A stretch of 64,000 nucleotides of DNA, taken from assembly GCA_964016885.1 (NCBI GenBank), contig CAXHJY010001648.1:1-64000 (forward strand), in the 5' to 3' direction. The stretch comes from Eledone cirrhosa (lineage: Eukaryota). Position numbers and translations under genes: made by a program. This document shows positions 46,655 through 60,544 of this stretch, in pieces (the first letter of the stretch is position 1; every line of letters starts with the position of its first letter). Under the pieces are notes generated by a model, which searched no databases, was not told the origin of the DNA, and saw only the letters and a list, made by a program, of their open reading frames with translations.

Positions 46655-47078
46655 TATTATATATATACATTTATATAAAATGGTTGCGTGTTGTTATATT
46701 ATGGATTAAATTATATATACATGTGTGTGTATACATCTATGTATTTAACTATCTATATATATATATTATATGTATACATTTATATAAAATGGCCGTATGT
46801 TGTTATAGTTTTGGCTCGTTGCATATCACTATCTTATGGAATAAATTATATATACATGTGTGTGTATACATCTATATATCCATCTATCTATATACATTAT
46901 TAGAAAGTGAACAACACAAATTAAATAGCTCTCTTCTATGCATAGAGCAATCTTTCTTCCTTTGCTTTTTATTCGGAATTACCTAACATCTATATATGCA
47001 TTATATATATATACATTTATATAAAATGGACTTATACATACATGTGTGTGTACATCTATGTATCCATGTATCTATATA

Positions 47079-47109
<31 letters not shown>

Positions 47110-47120
47110 CATATAGATAT

Positions 47121-47174
<54 letters not shown>

Positions 47175-48155
47175 TTATATGAAATGACCGTATGTATACA
47201 TGTGTGTGTATACATTTATGTATCTATCTATCTATATATATATTATATATATATACATTTATATAAAATGGACATGTGTTGTAGTTTTGCCTTGTTGCAT
47301 CTCTCTATCTTACGGATTAAATTTCCTATTTCTGTTTGCATTATCCTGTTAGCTTTTACAATGCAAACAGCGTGTATCAGTATTTGCTTTTATCGAATGT
47401 ATCTCCGCGTAATATGTTGTATGAAGCGATATAATATTTGATAGTCTATTTGGATCTAAAATGTTCCCTCAATTGCGAAGCCATTTTCTTATCTGCAGAA
47501 TTTCTATGTATGTATAATCATGTTCTCAATAATTGTGTATATAATACTGAATATACAGAACAAAGTCGTAACCATAGGGTACTTCTAAATATCACCCTTC
47601 CATTTGCTAACTGATACCTCTTTTTTACAGCTTTTCTTTTTCAATTGATGCTCTGTAATGCCAACTGATGGCCCTTCCGTTTCAATAGAACTCCTTTCAA
47701 TGGCGACTTGCTTTGCAATTTTCATGCTTGATATCTCACTTCATATTGGATATTCAAAATAACCTTATCACGAACAGAGCTTAGATAAAATGGCGTTTAT
47801 GTTGCTATTGCTGTTATTACTGTTATTACTAAGCAGTTGCTCTTGTTGCTTTTGTTGCTGTTGTTTTCTTAGTGTATCATTAATGTATTTTCATCCATGT
47901 TGAATTTCTTCTTCTTCTTCTGTAACTGTTTGTTATATGTTAATAATGTTCGTTTAATGGCTTATTATTTATTTTGGGGGTTTTGTTTTGTATTGTTTTA
48001 TTCTTGTAACATGTTATTTGACATTGGTTATGTACTTCTATGATGCCAATGCTGCTCCACCTGGCGGCAGTTTGTTATACTCTCATTCCAAGCTTCTATT
48101 ATATATTAAGTGCATGGAAGACGTTTAAAACGAATGGGGAATGATGTCTATTTAC

Positions 48156-48537
48156 TTTCTCAAAACGGATATGTCCATTGATCTTAATTGGACAGCGGGG
48201 CTTTCAACATGGCATTTAAGTTCATTAAGAATTTCAGCTTTTTTCCAAACATCACTTCTAATTCTCCTAACAGCGTAAGAGAAACAGCTATAAATATCTA
48301 CTTCTTTTCCTTCATCGTCATCATCATTATCATCATCGTTGTCATCGCCATCGTCGTTTTCATCGTCATCCTCGCCATCGTCATCATCATCATCATCGTT
48401 GTCATCTTCATCATAGCTATCTCCGTCATCGTCGTTTTCATCGTCATCATCGCCATCATCGTCATCGTCGTCATCATCGTCATCATCATCATCGTCATCA
48501 TCATCATCATCGTCATCGTCATCGTGGTCATCTTCAC
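48156..48537 (-). CDS. Candidate exon: poly-Asp tract plus unique segment
   Basis: ttttattctaag/ acceptor-like site. 127 open codons EDDHDDD..EGKEVDIYSCFSYAVRRIRSDVWKKAEILNELKCHVESPAVQLRSMDISVLR, ending at /gtaaat or TAA. Confidence 0.4.
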
Positions 48538-48571
48538 CTTAGAATAAAACAGTTCTAGTCCTGCAGCAGCC

Positions 48572-48642
<71 letters not shown>

Positions 48643-48648
<6 letters not shown>

Positions 48649-49055
48649 GATAGGGGGGAAGAAAAAATGGCTTCACTTGTGCTTTCAACAAATTTATTTT
48701 CTTCACAAAATCCAAAAAGAATTTTTCTTAAAAAAAATTATTTTATAAATTAAGTTGTTGGTTGTTGGTTAGGTCTTAGGAGTTCTTGGTTAACGTAGGA
48801 GGTATTGTTTCGTTTTTGACAAGCGCACCTCAGCGTGAAAGGTCTTTCTAAAAACGAAACAATACCTCCTACGTTAACCAAGAACTCCTAAGACCTAACC
48901 AACAACCAACAACTTAATTTATAAAATAATTTTTTTTAAGAAAAATTCTTTTTGGATTTTGTGAAGAAAATAAATTTGTTGAAAGCACAAGTGAAGCCAT
49001 TTTTTCTTCCCCCCTGTCTTAATATACCTAACTGTACCAAGGATTACACACATTT

Positions 49056-49060
<5 letters not shown>
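48643..49060 (+). mobile_element. Fold-back element, ~175-bp arms plus tail, in (TA)n
   Basis: Near-identical inverted arms 48643-48817 and 48850-49026. No convincing HHR core. Confidence 0.7.
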
Positions 49061-49102
<42 letters not shown>

Positions 49103-49134
49103 TATATATATATATTAATATATATATATATATA

Positions 49135-49169
<35 letters not shown>

Positions 49170-49227
49170 CAAAGGAATTGTGGTAAGGAACCAGATGGAC
49201 CGTAACGCCCTAGAGTACTCAATACTT

Positions 49228-49798
49228 ACTATAGATTTACGTGTCTTTACGGTTTGAGTTCAAATCTCGCCGAGGTTAACTTTACCTTTCATCCTTACGG
49301 GTCGATAATATAAAGTACCAGTAAGTCCCTGGTGTAATTGCTGGTATTATGCCAAAAGTAGAAACCATTACTATAGATTTACGTCTCTTTACGGTTTGAG
49401 TTCAAATCTCGCCGAGGTTAACTTTACCTTTCATCCTTACGGGGTCGATAATATAAAGTACCAGTAATACCCTGGGGTAATTGCTGGCCTTATGCCAAAA
49501 GTAGAAACCATTACTATAGATTTACGTCTCTTTACAGTTTGAGTTCAAATCCTGCCCAGGTTAATTTTGCCTTTCATCCTTACGGGGTCGATAATATAAA
49601 GTACCAGTAATACCCTGGGGTAATTGCTGGCCTTATGCCAAAAGTAGAAACCATTACTATAGATTTACGTCTCTTTACAGTTTGAGTTCAAATCCTGCCC
49701 AGGTTAATTTTGCCTTTCATCCTTACGGGGTCGATAATATAAAGTGCCAGTAATGTACTGGGATAATTGCTGGCCTTGTGCCAAAAGTAAAAACCATT
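49228..49798 (-). repeat. Four tandem 142-143-bp SINE-derived units
   Basis: Units start at 49228, 49370, 49513 and 49656. Same family as 11376. Confidence 0.85.
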
Positions 49799-50216
49799 AT
49801 TATTATTACCTCGAACGTGACATAGCAAACAGATCTCTAAACAAAGGCAGTAATTATCACATATAGTCCAGTGAGTCAAGAAACTAATTAAAATGCTAGT
49901 TTGAAGAAGCTTTGATTGAAACTGTTCCTTTCTATTGCAGTGATGCCTGGAAAGTGACCGATACACTAACAGTAGAGATAAACAGTGAAAGAGTTCTGTT
50001 GTATAGTTTAGTGAGGCCTGGACAATGACAGAGTTACTAGCAGATGGTAAATTTAACTGGACATCCATCTAGCTTTCAAAGAATAATTAACGATCGGTTA
50101 ATTACAATGAGAAGCAGAGCAGATTTTCTCTTCTGATAGCAATTTTACATTGAAAAATATTAATTTCGATTAAACAAGCTTTGAGACGCCAACACAGTGG
50201 GACTTGACACAATGCA

Positions 50217-50323
<107 letters not shown>

Positions 50324-50326
50324 TCC

Positions 50327-50410
<84 letters not shown>

Positions 50411-50440
50411 GAAAGTGTCCTGTTTATATATATACATATA

Positions 50441-50751
50441 TATGAAGTAATTCCGTCGGAAAAGTCCAGGAAAGAAGAGTGCTCTATGTAGGTAACAGAG
50501 CTTAATAGTTATGTAATAAACAACATAAGGCAATTATTCAATTTACCAGTGGTTTCTTAAAAGCAAAAAATGTTGCTTTCAATCCTCAGAATGAAAAAAT
50601 CCTGGTCTGTTTATTGAATTTGGATTTTAAAATCCAAATTCAATAAACAGACCAGGATTTTTTTCTTCTGAGGATTGAAAGCAAAATTTTTTGCTTTTAA
50701 GAAACCACTGGTAAATGGAATAATTGCCTTATGTTGTTTATTACATAACTA
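50441..50751 (-). mobile_element. Family D fold-back mini-element, HHR in both arms
   Basis: Palindrome 50506-50751. HHR at 50537-50595(-) and 50661-50720(+): CTGAGGA-ttgaaagcaa..ttgcttttaa-GAAACC act GGTA. Confidence 0.85.
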
Positions 50752-50988
50752 TATATATATAATAGAGAGAGTGTGTGTGTGCGTCCTGTATATATATATA
50801 TATATATATATATAGTGTCCTGTGTGTGTGTATATATATATATGTTTATCCCGGCCTCAGTTGCGGGTAACCAGAGTAAGTAAGGTACTCAATACATAGC
50901 AGAGTATAAGTATTTAATATAGAACTGGCTTCTACGAGACTAGAACTGCTTCATTCGGGAGAAATCATCAGGAACCCTATATATAATA

Positions 50989-51030
<42 letters not shown>

Positions 51031-51032
51031 TT

Positions 51033-51186
51033 GTGAGAAAAACCACAATGTGAGAAAAACCGGAAACCCTCCATCACCATTATACTTTTGAAAAGCACAA
51101 GAACTGCGAAACCGCTAAAGGTACCAAATAAATATATTTTAAAAAAAAAGACTCCAGTTGAATTTTCAATTTCATCTTTTTACCTT
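51033..51186 (+). mobile_element. Family B element with degenerate U3-A8 HHR
   Basis: ctt-TTGAAAA-gca..tgc-GAAAC cg cta-aag. Homologous to 5057-5200. Confidence 0.7.
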
Positions 51187-51207
51187 ATATATATATATAT
51201 ATATATA

Positions 51208-51398
51208 TAGGAACAAGTAAGACCCCGACGGCTGAGCTCAAGCCGTTTCGACGGCTAATTCTGGACTGAATTAGCCGTCGAAACGGCTTGAGCTCAGCCG
51301 TCGGGGTCTTACTTGTTCCTATTACCCACTCTACTACCCTAAGTATTGAGTACTTTGGTGCGCTATGGTCCACCTGGTTCATTACCACATTTCCTTCG

Positions 51399-51402
<4 letters not shown>
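51208..51402 (+). mobile_element. Family E fold-back mini-element
   Basis: Palindrome 51208-51321. The + arm has GAAAC ggct tgagctc agcc GTC (HHR stem III-like half). Confidence 0.78.
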
Positions 51403-51442
<40 letters not shown>

Positions 51443-51509
51443 TATATACACGCACATACAGAGAGAGAAATAGGTAGTGATGGAGGAAAACAAGTAAAAT
51501 TCATGCATC

Positions 51510-51656
<147 letters not shown>

Positions 51657-51957
51657 CATTCTTTATGTGCATATCAACCTATAGCTGTATGGAGCAAAAC
51701 GAGTGGAAGATTTTTGAACCAATCAATTGCTGTTCAGAAATCATTCAGTCCTATATTTCAGCCTGTTGATAGAATTTCGATTTTACTCCTTGATGCATCA
51801 GATTAGCAAACTGTTACTTGATTAAACCAATCGTAAGCGGTTAAGGCCTTAAGCTGATCACTTGCAAAACACGTGTTACGCGTGATTAGGAATAATGTAT
51901 ATTAACGTGAAACAAGGTTCCATTTTACTAAATATATACACATATAGAATCATGCAA

Positions 51958-51992
<35 letters not shown>

Positions 51993-52048
51993 GAGAGAGA
52001 GAAATATATGTATATACAGATACACATATTTATATAGATACACATACA

Positions 52049-52115
<67 letters not shown>

Positions 52116-52277
52116 AATTAGTATATCTACCAACATATTTATACAGAAGTATACTTATGCTAGCAAGATATAGGTTTTGTCTTAGTAAGTTTGTGGTTCA
52201 ATACAAAAATGTAGAACAATTATATGAAAGACGTAAAATAAGAAAATTATAATAATTAACTTACTTACTTAAGTTTC

Positions 52278-52355
52278 ACTCCAACTAATTAGTTTCTAAA
52301 AGGGGATATACATAGTGTTCAAAGCTAGGGAGAATTCCTTGATTCATCGGGGAGT
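52278..52355 (-). ncRNA. Hammerhead-like ribozyme, U4C core
   Basis: actcc-CCGATGA-..-GAAAC taatta GTT-ggagt. Stem II is poorly paired. Interrupted homolog at ~26128-26330. Confidence 0.5.
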
Positions 52356-52439
52356 CAATTCTCTGCTAAGATCCCAGGCGATAGGCGGACACAATATATA
52401 TATATTTATATATGAATATATATGTATATATATACACAA

Positions 52440-52491
<52 letters not shown>

Positions 52492-52555
52492 GTGTATATA
52501 TGTAGTAAAATGGAACCTTGTTTCAGGTTAATATATATATATATATATGTGTATA

Positions 52556-52593
<38 letters not shown>

Positions 52594-52802
52594 ATGTATA
52601 TATATATATATATATATATTTTCATATATATATATATATATATATAAAAATATATATATATATATATATATAAACATATGTATATATATATGTATATATG
52701 TAAATATATATATAAATATATGTATATATATATATGTATATATGTATATATATATATAAATATATGTATATATATATGTATATATATATAAATATATATA
52801 TG

Positions 52803-52851
<49 letters not shown>

Positions 52852-52948
52852 GTATATATATATAAATATATATATATATAAATATATATATATGTATATA
52901 TGTATATATGTATATATATATATATAAAAATATATGTATAAACATATG

Positions 52949-52988
<40 letters not shown>

Positions 52989-53005
52989 AATATATATATA
53001 TAAAC

Positions 53006-53038
<33 letters not shown>

Positions 53039-53055
53039 AATATATATATATAAAC

Positions 53056-53086
<31 letters not shown>

Positions 53087-53348
53087 AATATATCTATATA
53101 TATATATATGTATATATGTATATATATATAAATATATGTATATATATATATATATAAACATATGTATATATATATATATATATATATAAACATATGTATA
53201 TATATATATAAATACATATATAAATATATATGTATATATATATATAAATATATATGTATATATGTATATAAACATATGTATATATATATATAAATATATG
53301 TATAAATATATATGTATATATATATATATAAATATATATGTATATATG

Positions 53349-53384
<36 letters not shown>

Positions 53385-53408
53385 AATATATGTATATATA
53401 TATAAAAA

Positions 53409-53636
53409 GGATCGATCGACTTTCGTCAAATCGGACCGAGGAAACAATGTTTCCGTTGGTCTTTCCAGTTGCTAGTACTATCTATCGGTCGCAACTCCAG
53501 GTAGAAGGAGCAACGTGAAATAAAGTGTCTTGCTCAAGGACATAACGCATCAAGGACATAACGCCCGGTCCAGGAATCGAACTCACAACCTCAAGATTGT
53601 GAATCCACTTCTCTAACCATTCAGCCACACGCCTTC
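53409..53636 (-). mobile_element. Full-length tRNA-derived CORE-like SINE with (TA)n tail
   Basis: A box tggctgaatgg, B box gttcgattcc, CORE-like ccttgagcaagacactt. Confidence 0.8.
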
Positions 53637-53663
53637 ATATATATATATACATATATAAATATA

Positions 53664-53696
<33 letters not shown>

Positions 53697-53991
53697 ATAT
53701 ATATAAATATATATATAAATAAATATATCTAAGTATATATATATATGTATATATGTATATATATATAAATATACATATATATAAATATATGTATGTATAT
53801 ATATATATATATATATATATAAATATACATATTTATAAATATATGTATGTATATATATATATATATATATATAAATATACATATATATAAATATATGTAT
53901 TTATATATGTATATAAAGATATGTATATATATGTATATAAATATATGTATATACATATATATATATATACATAAATATATAGACGCACATA

Positions 53992-55883
53992 TATAACTTT
54001 GAATAACTTTGAAATGTTTTGGCCAGTATTGGCCCAGGCCATGTCTAACTTAATAGCACCACCTGGCGAAGTCTTTCAATTCAGGATTTGGGCACCATGG
54101 CCCATTCGAGAAGAGAATTACTGTTTGCGGAGACATATCCGGGTGTGGGTGGTTTGTCCGGGATTACTTGGAGGAATTTGTCCAAAGACTTCTTGAATTT
54201 TGTGTGGTCAGTTTCTGTTTTGACGTGTCCTGGTGTGATGTTGAAGAGAGCAGGGCCGATTGAGGTGAAATAATTGTGCCGTATTGTTGTTATGAGTTGC
54301 GATTTAGATTTTTGAATGGGACGGATAGCACGGGGCCCAAGCCTTGGGTGTATCTTGAAGGCGATGCCAACATCATTTGGGCAGTGATGATGGAACATTT
54401 TCCACATCATGCAGATAATATAACGCTCACGGCGACGTTGGAGTGAGTAAAGTTTCAGGTTTTCCAATCGACCCCAGTAGTCAAGGTCTGACATGCCATC
54501 TATCTTTTTCGTGATAGCCCTTTGAGGAGCTTCAAGTTTCATGATACTTTGTTTCGTGTGGGGAGACCACAGTGGACAACAGTATTCAAGGTGTGGTCGG
54601 GCGAAAGTAGAGAAGAGAAGGATAATGGTGCGGGAATCTCTCGACTGGAAGGTTCTGAGGATCCAGGAACACATTCTGCGGGCCATGTCAACTTTGCTGC
54701 TTATATGCGTGGTCCAGCTTATGTTGCTGTCCACGGTTACTCCCAAGTCTCTGATGTTGTTAGATGCCACGAGAGTTTCCCCGGAGGGAAGGGAGTACGG
54801 GAGTTTCAGAGCATCCTCTTTTCCAAAGTGGATCAGTTCGAATTTGTCTTCGTTCAGTAACATGTTGTTCTTTTCTGCCCATTGGGTAACAGCCAGTAGG
54901 TCTGACTGAAGGCTTATCCGGTCATCCACGCCATTGATGACCTTTTGGAGCTTGGAATCATCAGCGAAAATTTTAATGTTGCTGTGTTTGATGATGTCAG
55001 TGATGTCATTAATATAGATGATGAAGAGAAGTGGGCCCAACACAGTGCCTTGTGGGACTCCACTACTGACTTTGGCTGGGCTTGATTTGACTCCCTCAAC
55101 TACAACATGTTGGGTTCTGTTTGACAGGAAGCTCTTGATCCACTGCAGCAGCTTTCCAGTGACACCAATATTGGACAGCTTTCTCAGTAGAATGTTATGA
55201 TCAACCCTGTCAAAGGCCTTGCTGAAATCAAGGTAGATAACATCAGTGTTGGAACCCTCTCCCAAGGCTCTCAAAATGTCATCAAAGTGATGCAGTAGTT
55301 GCGTCAGGCAATCCCTTCCATTACGGAATCCATGCTGGTTGGAGTTCAGCATATTGTTACTCTCAAGGAAGTGGGTCATTCGCGATCTCACCACTCGCTC
55401 AAATACCTTAATGATATGAGAGGTGAGTGAGATTGGACGGTAATTCACGGCAAGGGATTTGTTTCCCTTTTTGAAAACTGGGACAACAGACTGGGATAGA
55501 AGGTTTTCTGGCACATATCCAGCATCCAGTGAGTTCCGCCACAGATTGGCAAGAGGAGAAGCAAGTTGGTGTTGACACGCCTTCAAGACACAAGCAGGGA
55601 ACCTATCGGGACCTACTGCTGAATTATGCTTGATTTCCTTTATTGCCGCCAAGACATCAGGGGCGCCAAACGTTATGTCCGATAAGGTGTAATGGGGAGT
55701 AACATCGCCGATACAGCCCAGATCGGCCATATCAGGATTGCTGAAAACAGAGCAGTATTGTTTCTGCAGTATCTCACCCATGGTTTTAGCATTGTCTTGA
55801 AGAGTGCCATTTTCATCAATTAGAGGGCCAACAGTAGAGCCAGTGATTTTGTGTTTTTTTGCAAATGAAAAGAACACTTTGGG

Positions 55884-55887
<4 letters not shown>
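53992..55887 (-). mobile_element. Young 5'-truncated CR1/L2-group LINE inserted in (TA)n
   Basis: Uninterrupted RT ORF, short 3' UTR, terminal (ttcaaagtta)2 repeat, both ends abut (TA)n. Confidence 0.93.
54081..55887 (-). CDS. LINE ORF2 reverse transcriptase, C-terminal ~600 aa (no native start)
   Basis: [68 protein letters not shown]. Confidence 0.92.
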
Positions 55888-55925
<38 letters not shown>

Positions 55926-55951
55926 CATATGTATATATATGTATGTATATA

Positions 55952-55993
<42 letters not shown>

Positions 55994-56025
55994 AACATAT
56001 ATACTCATATATATATATTTATATA

Positions 56026-56061
<36 letters not shown>

Positions 56062-56073
56062 CATAAATATATA

Positions 56074-56119
<46 letters not shown>

Positions 56120-56123
56120 TATA

Positions 56124-56155
<32 letters not shown>

Positions 56156-56178
56156 CTCATATGTATATATATATACTC

Positions 56179-56239
<61 letters not shown>

Positions 56240-56371
56240 TATTTACATAAATATATATATATATATATATATACATATATATTTACATAAATATATATAT
56301 ATATATATATATACAATGATATTAAATAGATGGAAACTATATTTATAAAACCATATTTATTCTATTATATA

Positions 56372-56925
56372 CTAGCAGTGGTACACGGCGTTGCACGGGA
56401 TAAGGTATTTTGGAACGCGGTTCGCCAACAGACCTAATCTTGGAAAAACTGCATGCCTGGACAATATGTAAAGAAAATAAACCGAATACTTTGATGGCTG
56501 GATAATCTTTAAGATGTTCCTCGATGAAGGAGGAAAAATGTAGGGTTTCACCTAATGCGGGCCCTAGGGGATCAAGAAAATGAATTTTTTTCTATGTGCA
56601 TAATATGACTTTAAATTTCGGGAAAAATCCGCTAGAGGTAACGGCTCCAAAAAGCCCTGAGAAGCTGAAAAAGTGAAGTTTTTCACCTAAGGCCATAAGA
56701 AAGTTGGATTTTCTTTGCTTACGGTATGAAGAAGAGACTGACTATTACATAGTTACAATTTCAAGGAAATCTGTCTGACGTAACGCCTCAAAAAAACCCT
56801 AAAAATCTTTAAAAACGCAGTTTTTCACCTAAGGAGATAAAAAGAAGTTGAATTTGTTTATGTGCATAACACTCCCTGAAACATAAGTAGTTCACATGTA
56901 AAGTTTGAAAATCCTAGTTTTAGGG

Positions 56926-56984
<59 letters not shown>

Positions 56985-57792
56985 TCCTCAGGGAAGTGAC
57001 GTAATGCAGACAATCAGACATACAGACAAATATTATAAGGGCGCGGCGTTATATGTATCTATCTAAAATGAGAAAGACTAAGAATTATAGAGAGAGATCG
57101 CTAAATCGCCCAATGCTGTCCCTAGGGCATTGAAAATTTGAAATATTTTTTTACCAGAACACTCCCTGAACCATATGTATTAGATGTGTAAAGTTGGAAA
57201 ACAGTCGGTTTGGTGCTTCTCTACAATACTAAGCGGTAAAATAGTAACATTTGTTCCCGTAAAGGCACGTAAGTAAATAAACTGAAGCTGTTGCAGCGAT
57301 CTTTTTATTTACCGGCTTTAATTTTTAGTGTTGTTTGAAATATATAACCTGCAAACCTGATTTTTGAATCGTAGCAGGGGCGACTTCATTTCACTCGCTT
57401 CACTAAAAGTTGGATTTTCTTTGCTCACGGTATGAAGAAGAGACTGACTAATACATAGTTACCGGCTTTCATTTTTAGTGTTGTGTGAAACATATAACCG
57501 CCTTAGCTAATCTTAGTATTGCTGACGTAATGCAGACATCAGACATACAGACAGATAATATAAGGGCGCGACATTATATGTATGTATCTATCTAAAAAGA
57601 GAAAGACTAAGAATTATAAAGCGAGACCGCTAAATTGCCTAATGCTGTCCCTGGGGCATTGAAAGTTTCACTCACTGAAACATAAGTATTACATGTGTAA
57701 AATTTCAAAACAGTCGGTTGGGTGGTTCTCGAGTTTTCGGGATTCGAACTCACACACACACAGACAGACATCCTCAGTTTTATATATATAGA
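56372..57792 (-). mobile_element. Non-autonomous Helitron with internal duplications
   Basis: Minus 5' TCtatatatataaaa..(ctgt/gt)n; 3' ccgtgcaacgccgtg..CTAG then t. Duplications ~56699/57405 and ~56997/57523. Inserted into a family A arm (56316-56371). Confidence 0.7.
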
Positions 57793-58664
57793 CTAGCAGA
57801 AAACCACCCGGTGGGCGGTTTTCTGCTAGCAAATCTAGTGTATATACTGATATTGTTGAGATTTGGATGAGAAATGTTTTCGGCACCACATATTCACCGT
57901 CTCTCGATGTGTCTTTTATGCATTTATAAATATATATGTTATCTATACGGTGAAATCTTTGAAATAAATATATGTTAAAACGAAAAAGGAGAAAATAAAT
58001 AACTGGCGGTTAGAAAAAAATATTCCTATGAAATTTTAATCATACCATTAGGTGTGAATAAGGAAATATTTTTTTATTGTCAAAACAAATGTTCAAAAGT
58101 TAAACTTCAATTTTTTGAATTATTTCCAATTTTTTCATGAAATTGAACACTGGATATTGGCTGCTGGAAATGGAAATTAAATCGTATTTAATTGTATTTA
58201 AATTTCTAACCTTATTTTATTATTTATATTTTTTCAATAAGAAATTTAAAGAAAAAAATTGAACAAATCAAACGTAGGTTATGGAATTGCGCAATCTGAT
58301 TAATAAATTACCTCATCAGCAGCAACCTTCTTCAAATGGTCCTTATTATCAGCAGCAACAACCACAAATTCAATGGCAACCTTCTTCGCATGGTGTCAAG
58401 TCAGAACCGCCTCGAACTGGTTACTTCTGGCTTGTGCAAGGTGTCTCTATAGCAACCAGCGATTCCCTCGGCCTCAGTGACCAAAGTCAGTGGAGAGGGG
58501 AAGGTAATATTTCTGTAGCACGTGTTTTAGCGTCTATTCACTCACTCTCCCTCCCGCTATCCCCCTCTCGTAGTCTGTCTCGTTCTTTCACTCTCACTCT
58601 CTCTCTACGCACGTGTTTCCACTGTCGGACAGACAGACAGAGAAATTGGTGGTTATATATATAA

Positions 58665-58717
58665 GTAGATATTTCAAGGGTACCAGAAACTTTGGTACGC
58701 TTTCATCAGATAAAATA
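58665..58717 (-). ncRNA. Family A hammerhead truncated at about the cleavage site
   Basis: ttttat-CTGATGA-aagcgtacca..tggtaccctt-GAAA tatcta; homology then ends. Confidence 0.65.
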
Positions 58718-58812
58718 CAAAGTGTATTTTATAAATTTTGACATAGCCAAAGGAAACATACATAATCAGTTGAATTTTCCTACATAAATATATATATACA
58801 CATAAATATTTA

Positions 58813-58875
<63 letters not shown>

Positions 58876-58992
58876 TTATATATATATACATAAATATATA
58901 GACACCCATATATATAAATATATATATATATACATAAATATATAGACACATATATATATATACAGATATGTATATATACATATACACACACG

Positions 58993-59058
<66 letters not shown>

Positions 59059-59119
59059 CATAAATATATAGACACCCATATATAAATATATATATATATA
59101 TACACATAAATATATAGAC

Positions 59120-59152
<33 letters not shown>

Positions 59153-59157
59153 CATAT

Positions 59158-59194
<37 letters not shown>

Positions 59195-59304
59195 CATAAA
59201 TATATAGACACCCATATATAAATATATATATATATACATAAATATATAGACACATATATATATACAGATATGTATATATACATACACACACACACACACA
59301 CACT

Positions 59305-59354
<50 letters not shown>

Positions 59355-59765
59355 TGAATATATATACCTACACACACACACACACACACACACATATTTA
59401 TGTACATCATTATTTTCACATTATTTGCGCATTCATGTACGCACACACATACATGAATGCGCAAATAGAAGTAATTAATTATATAGAAGGAGTTAGAAAT
59501 GATGTAAGGTATGTATATAAATAAGTACAAAAGTATGTCATTAGCTCCGAGGTATTGACCGTGTTTTGTTTTAATATAATCAAGCAGGACAAATGAGAGA
59601 CCAACCAATTACCTTCTGGCTATTTAATCATACTTCTGCCAACTTCATTAGCATTTGGCAGCGTGGCCGTATTGGTTGTAGCAGCCATTTTGTAAAGCAC
59701 CATAATGCAACGGGAAATTTGCGCCCCACGCTATATACGTGTGTATGTGTGTGTGTATTTATATT

Positions 59766-59796
<31 letters not shown>

Positions 59797-59805
59797 ATAT
59801 TTATT

Positions 59806-59874
<69 letters not shown>

Positions 59875-60044
59875 CTATATAGGTAGATAGGTAGATGTAT
59901 GATATGTATATGCATAGATGTATTTATATGTATAGATCTGTATATATATATATATATATATATATAGGTAGGTAGGTAGACGGATAGATGTATTGATATG
60001 TATATAGATAGATGTAACTATATGCATACATATATATATATATA

Positions 60045-60107
<63 letters not shown>

Positions 60108-60129
60108 ACATATATATATATATATAGTT

Positions 60130-60160
<31 letters not shown>

Positions 60161-60544
60161 CGAGATATATATATATAAATATATATATAATAGATGTATA
60201 TATAGATATAGATAGATAATAATTATATATTTATATGGATATATATAGATATATAGGAATAGATATATATATATTTATCAAAATACATATCGATACATAT
60301 CTAATGATCTCTCTCACCATCTTTTCATGATAATCATTCCTCTCCCCTTCACACATACCCCTCCCCTTCACACATACCCCTCCCCTTCACACATACGCAA
60401 ATATTCCTTCTGGCAAAACTACTAATCAAAACAAATCTAAACTGACCACCATAAATGAATGTGAATCGTTAGAAACAATGTCTATTGGCAGTATCGGTAG
60501 AGGGTCGGACGCCATGCTTTGTAGCACAGTTACGTCCCTTTTCA

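Larger units (their letters stand above)
45590..47325. repeat. Degenerate ~110-130-bp tandem repeat interrupted by SINEs and a Helitron
   Basis: atttatataaaatgg..gttgcatctc..tatctta..attaaattatatatacatgtgtg recurs about 7 times. Confidence 0.65.

Noticed and set aside
48298-48573. Met/Thr-rich and Ile/Val-rich ORFs
   Set aside because: Alternative frames of the (GAT/ATC)n tract.
53560-53636. tRNA gene
   Set aside because: The tRNA-like head continues into a CORE-like body and TA tail, so it is a SINE.
55888-55928. N-terminus of the 615-aa ORF
   Set aside because: Read-through from the flanking microsatellite, not part of the LINE.
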